Part shown: positions 1-8,402 of the stretch, piece after piece
Position numbering within the stretch: the first letter of the stretch is position 1
Layout: every line of letters starts with the position of its first letter
From: Fidelibacterota bacterium
Lineage (GTDB): Bacteria > Fidelibacterota > UBA8477 > JABMPR01
Reading direction: 5' to 3'
Assembly: GCA_016845065.1 (NCBI GenBank)
Contig: JAERTG010000100.1
Span: 107,360-171,359 of the forward strand
DNA length: 64,000 bases
The notes under the pieces: model-generated
Told to the model about the DNA's origin: nothing
Seen by the model: only the letters and a program-made list of their open reading frames with translations
Databases searched by the model: none
Program-made: the position numbers and the translations under genes

Positions 1-271
1 CTTCTGCAAAGTGACCAATGCGACACTTGGCCATCACAGGTATTGACACAGACTCTTGGATTTCTTTAATCATTTTTGGATCTGAAGCTCTTGCGATTCC
101 CCCATCTCTGCGGATATCGGCAGGAATTCTTTCAAGTGCCATTACAGCTACTGCACCAGCTTGCTCGGCGATCTTAGCCTGCTCAGGTGTGGTGACATCC
201 ATAATAACACCACCCTTAAGCATTTCAGCTAATCCTGTTTTTACTTCAAACAGCTCTTTTGTCATTTTCAT
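1..271 (-). CDS. pdxS: Pyridoxal 5'-phosphate synthase subunit PdxS (partial; 3' end cut by window start)
   Basis: Minus-strand translation from ATG at 269-271 gives [65 protein letters not shown]..., the conserved PdxS/Pdx1 N-terminus. The listed plus-strand ORF 18..287 is antisense to it. Confidence 0.85.
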   Translation of the reverse strand, partial: MKMTKELFEVKTGLAEMLKGGVIMDVTTPEQAKIAEQAGAVAVMALERIPADIRRDGGIARASDPKMIKEIQESVSIPVMAKCRIGHFAE

Positions 272-299
272 AATCTCCAAAAACTAATATTATCAATAC

Positions 300-1157
300 T
301 CAGACACGTGATTCCACGTGCAAGTTATTCAAATGTTCAACCACTTCTTCAATAAGATCATCTGGCGAGGAAGCTCCTGCAGAAACACCTACCGATTCAG
401 CCGTATCAAACCAACTTTCCTGGATGTCATTTGCATTTTCAACCATATAGGATCGGGGATTTAATGAGAGCGAAACCTCATGCAGACGTTTTGTATTGGC
501 ACTGGTAAAGGATCCTACAATAATCATCACATCGGAAATCGGTGCAATCTCTTTTATCTGCCCCTGATTTCTTCTGGTCGGGAAGCAAACTGTATTTACA
601 AACCTTAGATCGAATATTTTCATAGAAAGGATACCGATAATTTCCTGAACATTCTCTATCATCTGTGTGGATTGCGAGACGACTCCCGCTTTTTTCATCC
701 TGGGTAGTGCATCCGCTTCCGCAATGGATGCAATAATGACTGCATCTGGGACTTGAGCTCTGATTGCAACAACTTCATCATGACCATGATCGCCAATGAT
801 GATCAGCTTTCTACCCTCAGCATTCAGCTTTTTAATCTCGTTATGAATCTCGTGGACCAGAGGGCAAGTAGCATCAACAATTGTGAGGTTCTTTCTCCCT
901 GCTTCAGCCCATAAATCGGGGACAGTTCCATGAGCTCTGAAAAGTACTGGTGCATCCACCACATCGTCGAGAGAATCAACGACTTTAACGTTTTCTTGGG
1001 CGAGGTCATTTACTACGCGCTCATTATGCACGATATCACCCAACAGATATACTTTTCCATGCTCCTCGGCAACATCCCTTGCTTTCTGGATGGCATCTCT
1101 GACACCAAAACAGAAACCAGCATCCTTGGCAACTCTAACTTTTAATTGCTCAGGCAT
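300..1157 (-). CDS. ispH: 4-hydroxy-3-methylbut-2-enyl diphosphate reductase IspH/LytB
   Basis: GFCFGVRDAI motif about 13 aa after MPEQLKV, plus conserved Cys and His positions. Start chosen at the internal Met (1157) to avoid a 35-nt overlap with the upstream gene. The ORF-track start is 1184. Confidence 0.85.
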   Translation of the reverse strand: MPEQLKVRVAKDAGFCFGVRDAIQKARDVAEEHGKVYLLGDIVHNERVVNDLAQENVKVVDSLDDVVDAPVLFRAHGTVPDLWAEAGRKNLTIVDATCPLVHEIHNEIKKLNAEGRKLIIIGDHGHDEVVAIRAQVPDAVIIASIAEADALPRMKKAGVVSQSTQMIENVQEIIGILSMKIFDLRFVNTVCFPTRRNQGQIKEIAPISDVMIIVGSFTSANTKRLHEVSLSLNPRSYMVENANDIQESWFDTAESVGVSAGASSPDDLIEEVVEHLNNLHVESRV

Positions 1158-2181
1158 TGCTGTCCCACTTGTGGATCGCTTCAATGGTCATATTTACGAT
1201 TGACGTTGCAGCCTCATTGAGGTTTCCATCTACGTGACAGCCTGCTGCAAAAGCATGTCCACCACCACCAAAGGATTGGGCAACAGTATTTACAGGGATT
1301 TTTCCTTTTGATCTAAAACTTACATCAACCTTTTTGCCAGACATTTTAGTTATAGATATACCTATTTCGACTCCCTTGATGGATCGAATGAAATCCGAGA
1401 GAGAGTTCATATCATCTGGGACGGCTCCTAATGAGCTGATATCATCAAAATCAATGATGGACCAGGCTAATCTACCATCACACTCGTATTTCAACTCACT
1501 GAGCAACTTTTGAATAACCTGAAGTCTACCAGGCGTGTTTAAGTCTTCGTAGAGGTAAACATATAATTCGTATGGTTTTACTCCTGCAGAAACCAAATTG
1601 GCCGCTGCCAGGAGTGTTTCAGGGTCTGTATTATTGAACCTGAAATTACCCGTATCACTCATCATGGCTGAATAGATTGGGATAGCAATATCGCTTCGGG
1701 AATTCACCTGACCATCTATGGAATTGATTAGATCATAGATGAGGACACCTGTTGAACTGGCCGAAGGAAAATCATAAGTAATGTCGAACTGAGATTTGTC
1801 ACCGGGATGATGATCAATACTCACTTTCGTGATATCGTTGGATTGAAGATCTTTCCCCAACTCCATGAGTCTGTCATAGTGACCGATATCAAAAGCAATA
1901 AACACATCAGATTCAGCAACAAGATTTGCGTGTTCGGTGGGGTCGTAAACCTGAATTTCATTATCGCTTGGTAGAAATTCAAGGTTGACGCGTAAAGGTG
2001 ATGGATTCAGTATATGAACTGTCTTGCCTATGGATGTTAAATACCTGGCTAGCGCCAACTCTGAACCTACACCGTCTGCATCCGGTTGGAGATGTGTTGA
2101 GAAGATAAATTTGTCCTTATCCGACAACAGAGTCCTTAAGACTTCCCAGTTTCTCAGCTCCCCAGTTTGATCAACACTCAT
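1150..2181 (-). CDS. nrnA: DHH/DHHA1 family phosphoesterase (NrnA-like oligoribonuclease / pAp phosphatase)
   Basis: DHH-type motifs (THLQPDADGVGS, IDHH) and a C-terminal DHHA1 GGGH motif. Confidence 0.7.
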   Translation of the reverse strand: MSVDQTGELRNWEVLRTLLSDKDKFIFSTHLQPDADGVGSELALARYLTSIGKTVHILNPSPLRVNLEFLPSDNEIQVYDPTEHANLVAESDVFIAFDIGHYDRLMELGKDLQSNDITKVSIDHHPGDKSQFDITYDFPSASSTGVLIYDLINSIDGQVNSRSDIAIPIYSAMMSDTGNFRFNNTDPETLLAAANLVSAGVKPYELYVYLYEDLNTPGRLQVIQKLLSELKYECDGRLAWSIIDFDDISSLGAVPDDMNSLSDFIRSIKGVEIGISITKMSGKKVDVSFRSKGKIPVNTVAQSFGGGGHAFAAGCHVDGNLNEAATSIVNMTIEAIHKWDSNA

Positions 2182-2454
2182 TTATGTAAAAGTACCTCAA
2201 AAAATAGCATCATTTTTACTTCATCGAATTACCCTCGAATCCGAAACATTGAATATATTCGTTAACCTACCAGATACAAACGATTCAGGAACCAGATCAA
2301 TAAAAACCAAGCTTTTGCATTCATGATATAAATAGGGATGTATAAGGAATTTTAGTATGTAGTTAAAACAGAAAAATAGAGAAAGAAATGTGCAGTAATG
2401 TTTCGATAATCTTTTGTCAATGTTGCAGAGAATATCTTTCGGTACCTGCTCTAG

Positions 2455-3465
2455 TCAGTTTAGTGAATGACGCTCCTTTCTCGGAGCTCTACCCATTAAT
2501 TCTTCTACAGCAACAAGTGGATCCTTTTCTTCAAATAGAACTTGAAATATCTGCTCTGAGATTGGCATTTCAACACCGGTTTTAGAAATGAGTTGATGTA
2601 CTGATCTTGAAGTATTAACACCCTCCGCCACCATTTTCATTTCCTCGAGGATTTCTTTTAGCTTTCGACCCTTTCCAAGTTCATATCCAACATGTCGGTT
2701 TCTGCTATGCGTACTGAGACAGGTTACAATAAGATCACCCATGCCACTCAGTCCAGCAAAAGTCTGTTCTTGAGCTCCAAGATATACACCAAGGCGGGTC
2801 ATTTCAAAAAGACCCCGTGTTAATAGCGCGGCCAAAGTATTATCTCCATACCCCATACCAGCAAGAATTCCTGCTGCAATAGCAATGACATTTTTTAGGG
2901 ATCCTCCGTACTCAACCCCTAAAATATCAACATTCGTGTAAACGCGTAGACTATCTGACATGAAGGCCTTCTGCACGATTTTTCCTGACGTTTCATCAGG
3001 ACATGCTGCAACTATTGTTGAGGGCATTTCTTGGACAACTTCCTCGGCATGAGTTGGACCATATAAGCTGGAAATATTACCTACAGGATGATTTGGGAGG
3101 GCGTGGGATATGACCTGGCTCATGGTTCTTAGTGTATTGTTTTCTATACCCTTGGCAACATTCACTAATATGCATTCTTTAGATATGGAGTGAGACAGGT
3201 TTGAGATCGTCATACCTACAGTATGAGATGGAATGGCAACCAAAATTATATCTTTATTGCTGACACAGGTCTTCATGTCCATTGTGAACTGCAATTCAAG
3301 AGGCAATTTTACGTTTGGCAGATAATCAGGGAGTTCTCTGGTTTCTTGAGCTTGATTAAAATCCTTTTCAAGATAAAACCAAACCTCCACTTCATGCCCA
3401 TTTTTGAGCAAATGCATGGCCAATGTCATGCCCCAACTTCCAGATCCTAATACTGCAATCTTCAT
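2455..3465 (-). CDS. gpsA: NAD(P)H-dependent glycerol-3-phosphate dehydrogenase
   Basis: N-terminal MKIAVLGSGSWG Rossmann motif and GpsA-like length and conserved blocks. Confidence 0.9.
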   Translation of the reverse strand: MKIAVLGSGSWGMTLAMHLLKNGHEVEVWFYLEKDFNQAQETRELPDYLPNVKLPLELQFTMDMKTCVSNKDIILVAIPSHTVGMTISNLSHSISKECILVNVAKGIENNTLRTMSQVISHALPNHPVGNISSLYGPTHAEEVVQEMPSTIVAACPDETSGKIVQKAFMSDSLRVYTNVDILGVEYGGSLKNVIAIAAGILAGMGYGDNTLAALLTRGLFEMTRLGVYLGAQEQTFAGLSGMGDLIVTCLSTHSRNRHVGYELGKGRKLKEILEEMKMVAEGVNTSRSVHQLISKTGVEMPISEQIFQVLFEEKDPLVAVEELMGRAPRKERHSLN

Positions 3466-3541
3466 GTTTGAATCCCGCTCTAATATAAAGAGCTCCTGAC
3501 ATTGACCAGGAGCTCCTATCGTTTTTACATAAGTTTAAGAT

Positions 3542-5329
3542 TTAATCGTAGAGGGCATCCAACTTTGCCTTATAACGTTCTTCTACGACTCGTTTTTTGA
3601 TTTTCAGCGTTGGAGTAAGGGTTCCATCTTCCACACTGAATTCTTTGGGAAGCAGAATAGCTTCTTTGACTGCTTCATATCCACTAAAGTCTTCCATTAT
3701 GCCTGCTACTTCACCCATCAACATCTCATAGACTTTAGGATTTTCGCATAATGCTTCGGGAGTCACATCTGTAATCTCATTCTCTGCAGCCCATTCACCT
3801 ACTTCGGTAAAATTCGGTACGAGAATTGCCGAAACAAACTTCCTACGATCACCATGGACAAGGGCTTGCTCAAAGTACTTAGACATGCAAATAGCACCCT
3901 CGATCGGTGCTGGAGCAATATTCTTTCCACCAGCAGTCACAATGATGTTCTTTTTACGGTCTGTTATTCTGAGATACCCATCCTCGATGATACCAATATC
4001 ACCAGTGTGGAACCATCCTTCTTCGTTGATGGCTTCTCTGGTGCCAGCTTCATCTTTGTAGTAACCTTTCATTATATGAGGACCACGAGACAGAATCTCT
4101 CCATCATCAGCGATTTTGACCTCTACACCGTCGATAGTTGGACCTACAGTACCAAACCGAAAATCATGAGGTGGATTCAATGTGATTACAGGCGATGTCT
4201 CTGAAAGGCCATATCCTTCAAGGATGGTAATACCCGCAGCATCGAAAAATCGTCCAATGTCAGCACCAAGTGGAGCTCCACCACTTGCAAACAGTTTAAA
4301 CTGTGTGCCCAGAAGAGCCTGAACCTTGCTAAATACAAGCTTATCAGCGCGTTTCTTCTTCTTGGCCAATTTGGGGGAAATGGTTCCAGCATTACGAGCA
4401 TCAACATACTCAAAACCTGTTTTCACGGCCCAGCCAGCAATTTTACGTTTAATGAAAGATCCACCAGCGAACTTCGCCTGAACGCCAGCATACATTTTCT
4501 CGTATAGCCTTGGTACTGACATTGCCACCGTAGGATTGACTTCAGATAGGTTAGAAATCACCTGTTCCATGGATTCAGCGTAAGTGATATTTGCGCCGAC
4601 ATGCGTGCCTACATAGTCTCCCAATCTCTCAAAACTGTGACTCAAGGGCAAGAAGGATAAGAATTTATCCTTGTCGCTGATGCCAAGACGTGCATTAGCA
4701 GATAATATGTTGCTTACAAGATTGCTGTGCTTCAGCATGACACCCTTGGGATTTCCAGTCGTTCCACTAGTATAAATAAGTGTCAACACATCCTCTGGCT
4801 GGACACTAAGTGCCTGAGCTTCAAAGTCATAGACATTATCAGATGAAGCAAATGTCTTGCCCTTTTCCATTAGCTCATTAAATGACATCACATCTGGATC
4901 ATCATAAGACAATGATTCATCAAAGTAGACAACTGTCTTCAATTCAGGACAATCAGCTTTTATTTGTAGAACCTTCTCCATCTGGCTTTCATCCTGAGCA
5001 AAAATGAGTTTCGAGTCAGAATGAGCAACGATGTATTGAACCTGGCTTGCTATCAGTGTGGGATATACTGTAACAGAAGTGGCACCTCTTGTGGCGATAG
5101 CATAGTCTGAATATGCCCAACGACGACAGTTGGTTGAAAGAATCGCAACATTATCCTTAGCCTGGATCCCTATAGATGCCATCCCATACGATGCGTTCTT
5201 TACCATTTCATATATATCTTTACCTTTATCTCCCACCCATTCACCATCGACTTTTTCAGTAAATAATTCTGCTTCAGCATGGCTTTTTGTGACATTAAGA
5301 AACATTTCTGCAATCGTCTTAAATTCCAC
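3542..5329 (-). CDS. Long-chain fatty acid--CoA ligase (AMP-binding enzyme family)
   Basis: AMP-binding signature TSGTTGNPKGVML and a 595 aa length typical of long-chain acyl-CoA synthetases. Confidence 0.85.
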   Translation of the reverse strand: MEFKTIAEMFLNVTKSHAEAELFTEKVDGEWVGDKGKDIYEMVKNASYGMASIGIQAKDNVAILSTNCRRWAYSDYAIATRGATSVTVYPTLIASQVQYIVAHSDSKLIFAQDESQMEKVLQIKADCPELKTVVYFDESLSYDDPDVMSFNELMEKGKTFASSDNVYDFEAQALSVQPEDVLTLIYTSGTTGNPKGVMLKHSNLVSNILSANARLGISDKDKFLSFLPLSHSFERLGDYVGTHVGANITYAESMEQVISNLSEVNPTVAMSVPRLYEKMYAGVQAKFAGGSFIKRKIAGWAVKTGFEYVDARNAGTISPKLAKKKKRADKLVFSKVQALLGTQFKLFASGGAPLGADIGRFFDAAGITILEGYGLSETSPVITLNPPHDFRFGTVGPTIDGVEVKIADDGEILSRGPHIMKGYYKDEAGTREAINEEGWFHTGDIGIIEDGYLRITDRKKNIIVTAGGKNIAPAPIEGAICMSKYFEQALVHGDRRKFVSAILVPNFTEVGEWAAENEITDVTPEALCENPKVYEMLMGEVAGIMEDFSGYEAVKEAILLPKEFSVEDGTLTPTLKIKKRVVEERYKAKLDALYD

Positions 5330-5404
5330 GACAGCTCCTCCTTCTTGGGGTTTTTATCAGTTTCGTCAATGATAAACATTTTCTTTTAAAAGCACAGCAT
5401 TTTA

Positions 5405-5433
5405 TTGACACACAGGCTGACAGAATGTATCAT
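5405..5433 (+). promoter_or_regulatory. Sigma70-type promoter for tRNA-Leu(CAA): TTGACA - 17 nt - TATCAT
   Basis: Exact TTGACA at 5405-5410 and TATCAT at 5428-5433 with a 17-nt spacer. The -10 element ends 18 nt upstream of the mature tRNA 5' end. Confidence 0.45.
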
Positions 5434-5451
5434 GCCGCGCTTTTAGAAACA

Positions 5452-5535
5452 GCCAGGGTGGCGGAATTGGTAGACGCAGTGGACTCAAAATCCACCGGTG
5501 GCAACACTGTGGGGGTTCGACTCCCCCCCCTGGTA
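5452..5535 (+). tRNA. tRNA-Leu (anticodon CAA), class II with long variable arm
   Basis: Acceptor stem GCCAGGG/CCCTGGT, D-arm GGCGGAATTGGTAGACGC, anticodon loop CT-CAA-AA, long variable arm, T-arm GGTTCGACTCC, discriminator A. The listed ORFs 5402..5674 and 5430..5615 are spurious translations of this gene. Confidence 0.9.
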
Positions 5536-5713
5536 CAATCCTTTGGACTTCGAAACACGGAAGCACATGCTCTATTTTTTGCTTCTGCCTGAAGTAATGC
5601 GGAGAATCCAAACATTCACACATCTCAAATATTTCATTTAACCTCCCAATTTGTTCATGGTTACAACACGACATATAATTACTTTATTTGAACAATTTTA
5701 ATATCACAATAGG

Positions 5714-6385
5714 GTGTTTATGACGAAAAAGTTCATACCATTTAGTAAACCCATTGATCTTACCCACGCAGAAATGGTTCGGAGATCCGAAGCGTTTTAT
5801 GATTTTATGAAAACCAGAAGAACTATTCGCGAGTTTTCAGATGAAGACGTTTCACAGGATGTGATAAATAATTGCCTTGAGACTGCTGGCACAGCACCAA
5901 GTGGTGCCAATCAGCAACCCTGGCATTTTGTCATCATTCGAGACGCTTCAATAAAAGCACAAATTCGGGAAGCAGCCGAGGAAGAGGAAAGAAACTTTTA
6001 TGCTGGTCGCGCTGGTGATACTTGGCTGGAAGTTCTAGAACCACTTGGTACGGACGCCCACAAACCCTTTTTGGAGAAGGCACCTGTTCTTATCGCAATT
6101 TTTGAACAAAAGTATACTACCAATGATCAGGGTGATAAGATCAAACACTATTATGCGAAGGAATCCGTCGGGATTGCTACAGGTATGCTCATATCTGCGC
6201 TACACAATGTAGGACTTGTCACACTTACCCATACACCAAGTCCTATGAATTTCCTCGCTAAGATATTGAACAGACCTGCAGGTGAGAAACCCTTCCTCCT
6301 CCTTGTCGTCGGCCACCCTGCTGATGGAGTTCAGGTACCGGATATTGATAAAAAAAGTCTTCGGGATATCTCAAGCCTGTTTTAG
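5714..6385 (+). CDS. Nitroreductase-family flavoprotein (iodotyrosine-deiodinase-like subgroup possible)
   Basis: RRTIREF...GTAPSGANQQPWHFVIIRD matches the nitroreductase fold FMN-binding N-terminus. One of only two protein genes on the plus strand. Confidence 0.7.
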   Translation: MFMTKKFIPFSKPIDLTHAEMVRRSEAFYDFMKTRRTIREFSDEDVSQDVINNCLETAGTAPSGANQQPWHFVIIRDASIKAQIREAAEEEERNFYAGRAGDTWLEVLEPLGTDAHKPFLEKAPVLIAIFEQKYTTNDQGDKIKHYYAKESVGIATGMLISALHNVGLVTLTHTPSPMNFLAKILNRPAGEKPFLLLVVGHPADGVQVPDIDKKSLRDISSLF

Positions 6386-6393
6386 GTGCACAT

Positions 6394-7011
6394 ATGATAT
6401 CTAATCTTGTCTTTTTTGGCGATAGCATTACTGCTGCAGGCAGAAACCATTACAAGCCTGTTGGTGATGGCTATGTATCGATACTAAACGATATGTTTAT
6501 TGCTGACGCTGATTTTAATCAGATAAAAATTATCAACTCCGGTGTAAATGGTAATAAGGTTGGAGATTTACTCAATCGCTACCAACGAGATGTATTAGAC
6601 CACAAACCTGAAGGAATAGTCATCAAAATTGGCATTAATGATGCTTATCAAGATTTCATATCTGGAGGTGATAATTCCTATATAGAGATGTATGCAATGA
6701 GTCTCGATAAACTTCTACAGGCCCTGCAAGTGGATCAACCAGTCACAAAATTCTTTCTTTTTACTCCTTATCTCATTTCTGACTCGAAATCTGATACATT
6801 TTATTTGACGATGTATAAGTATTGTGAGGTAGTTAAGTCCCTGGGATTCAAGTACAATATTCCTGTGCTTGATGTTCAATCTGTGTTTGATTGGGCTGTT
6901 GAACAAAAACCAGCTCGGGAGTGGGCTGAGGATCAGATACATCCTCAGAAAGCGGGTCATGCACTCATTGCCAGTGCTGCATACAAATTTCTAAAGGATC
7001 ACCTTGACTAA
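6394..7011 (+). CDS. SGNH/GDSL hydrolase family protein
   Basis: FFGDSITAAG block-I motif at the N-terminus and a DxxH-like C-terminal block (DQIHPQKAGH). Confidence 0.75.
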   Translation: MISNLVFFGDSITAAGRNHYKPVGDGYVSILNDMFIADADFNQIKIINSGVNGNKVGDLLNRYQRDVLDHKPEGIVIKIGINDAYQDFISGGDNSYIEMYAMSLDKLLQALQVDQPVTKFFLFTPYLISDSKSDTFYLTMYKYCEVVKSLGFKYNIPVLDVQSVFDWAVEQKPAREWAEDQIHPQKAGHALIASAAYKFLKDHLD

Positions 7012-7012
7012 T

Positions 7013-8329
7013 CTAAGCATCGATTAGGACTTCTTTACCCTTAACGCTCTCATCAATTTCTCCATCCTCATAAACCACATGTCCATTGACAATGGTCATA
7101 ACTGGCCAACCTTGGGTAGTCCACCCATCATAAGGACTCCAATTTACCTTGGTCCATAGCTTCCCATTCTCAATAGCTCGTTTTTTACCCATATCAACCA
7201 GCACAAGGTCAGCATCATAACCCTCGATGATGTGACCCTTATTTTTGACCTTGTATAGTTCAACTGGCTTCTCGCACATCCATTTTACTACGTCCTCAAT
7301 TCTACACATACCACGGTTCGCACGGTCCAGGAGCATTGGAAGGGAAGTTTCTACCCCAGGCATACCTGAGGGTGCTTGTCCAAATGGTTTGGCCTTCTCT
7401 TCGTGGGTGTGCGGTGCATGGTCGGTAGCTATACAATCGATGACTCCATTTACCAGTCCCTCCCAAAGGGCTTCACCGTGCTGTTTATCACGGAGAGGTG
7501 GATTCATCTGGGCGTAAGCACCAAGCTTCTGATATACATGGGGAGCGCTTAAAAGAAAATGCTGTGGACACACTTCTGCAGAAATGAGACTTTTGGATTT
7601 CTGGATTTCCAGGTACCGCACTTCATCCAATGTCGTCAAATGCAAAATATGTAAACGACGCTGATATTTGATAGAGAGTTCCACAGCAAGTGTTGTAGCT
7701 TTTAATGCAGCATCGGCAGGTCTTACGAATTGATGATGATTAAAATCGGTTGAATTTCTATAAACTTCCTGTGCAGCATTAATAATTCCATCATCCTCTG
7801 CATGTACAGCTATGAGGCGAGAACCATTGCCAAATATGTTATCCAGGTCCCTTGTATCACTCACCAGTAAATCACCAGTTGAGGAACCCATAAATATTTT
7901 TATTCCAGGTACATTTTCGACACCATTTAGAACATCAAGATTGGTATTCGTAGCCCCAATGAAAAAATTGTAATTCACGACACATTTTTTAGCAGCAACA
8001 CGCTTGCGTTCCTCCATGCCCTCAATCGTAATAGTAGATGGTTTGGTGTTTGGCATATCAAAGAAGCTGGTAACTCCCCCTGAAGCCGCCGCCATGGAAC
8101 CTGTTCTTAAATCCTCTTTATGTGTCAGGCCGGGATCACGAAAATGAACCTGAGGATCCAGAACACCAGGCAATAAATAGAGGTGAGTACCGTCTATAAT
8201 CTGTTCAGCATTTGATTCAGAAATTGTTCCCAATTGAGCAATTTTACTCCCTTTAAGAAGAACGTCCTGGTGAACAATACCTTTTGAAGAGACACATCTG
8301 GCATTTTTAATGAGAATTGAGGTAGACAT
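7013..8329 (-). CDS. pyrC: Cyclic amidohydrolase, dihydroorotase-like (PyrC class I / allantoinase-dihydropyrimidinase superfamily)
   Basis: DPQVHFRDPGLTHKED...AAASGGVTSFFDMPNTKP metal-binding blocks, 438 aa. Confidence 0.6.
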   Translation of the reverse strand: MSTSILIKNARCVSSKGIVHQDVLLKGSKIAQLGTISESNAEQIIDGTHLYLLPGVLDPQVHFRDPGLTHKEDLRTGSMAAASGGVTSFFDMPNTKPSTITIEGMEERKRVAAKKCVVNYNFFIGATNTNLDVLNGVENVPGIKIFMGSSTGDLLVSDTRDLDNIFGNGSRLIAVHAEDDGIINAAQEVYRNSTDFNHHQFVRPADAALKATTLAVELSIKYQRRLHILHLTTLDEVRYLEIQKSKSLISAEVCPQHFLLSAPHVYQKLGAYAQMNPPLRDKQHGEALWEGLVNGVIDCIATDHAPHTHEEKAKPFGQAPSGMPGVETSLPMLLDRANRGMCRIEDVVKWMCEKPVELYKVKNKGHIIEGYDADLVLVDMGKKRAIENGKLWTKVNWSPYDGWTTQGWPVMTIVNGHVVYEDGEIDESVKGKEVLIDA

Positions 8330-8402
8330 ATATAGCTCCGTGTAGTGAGTTAGTTGGCCTTTAATATCGTTTATGCTAGTTCATATCGAAACCGTTTATC
8401 AA

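Noticed and set aside
18-287. Plus-strand ORF of 89 aa at the window start
   Set aside because: It is antisense to a clear PdxS N-terminus on the minus strand (1..271). Low-complexity Ser/Ile-rich translation.
5521-5531. C8 homopolymer as a possible phase-variation tract
   Set aside because: It lies inside the T-stem/acceptor region of tRNA-Leu(CAA). It is part of the structured RNA, not a coding slip-strand site.
5402-5674. Minus-strand ORFs of 90 and 61 aa (5402..5674 and 5430..5615)
   Set aside because: They overlap a well-formed tRNA-Leu(CAA) gene on the plus strand. Cys/Pro-rich translation typical of reading through structured RNA.
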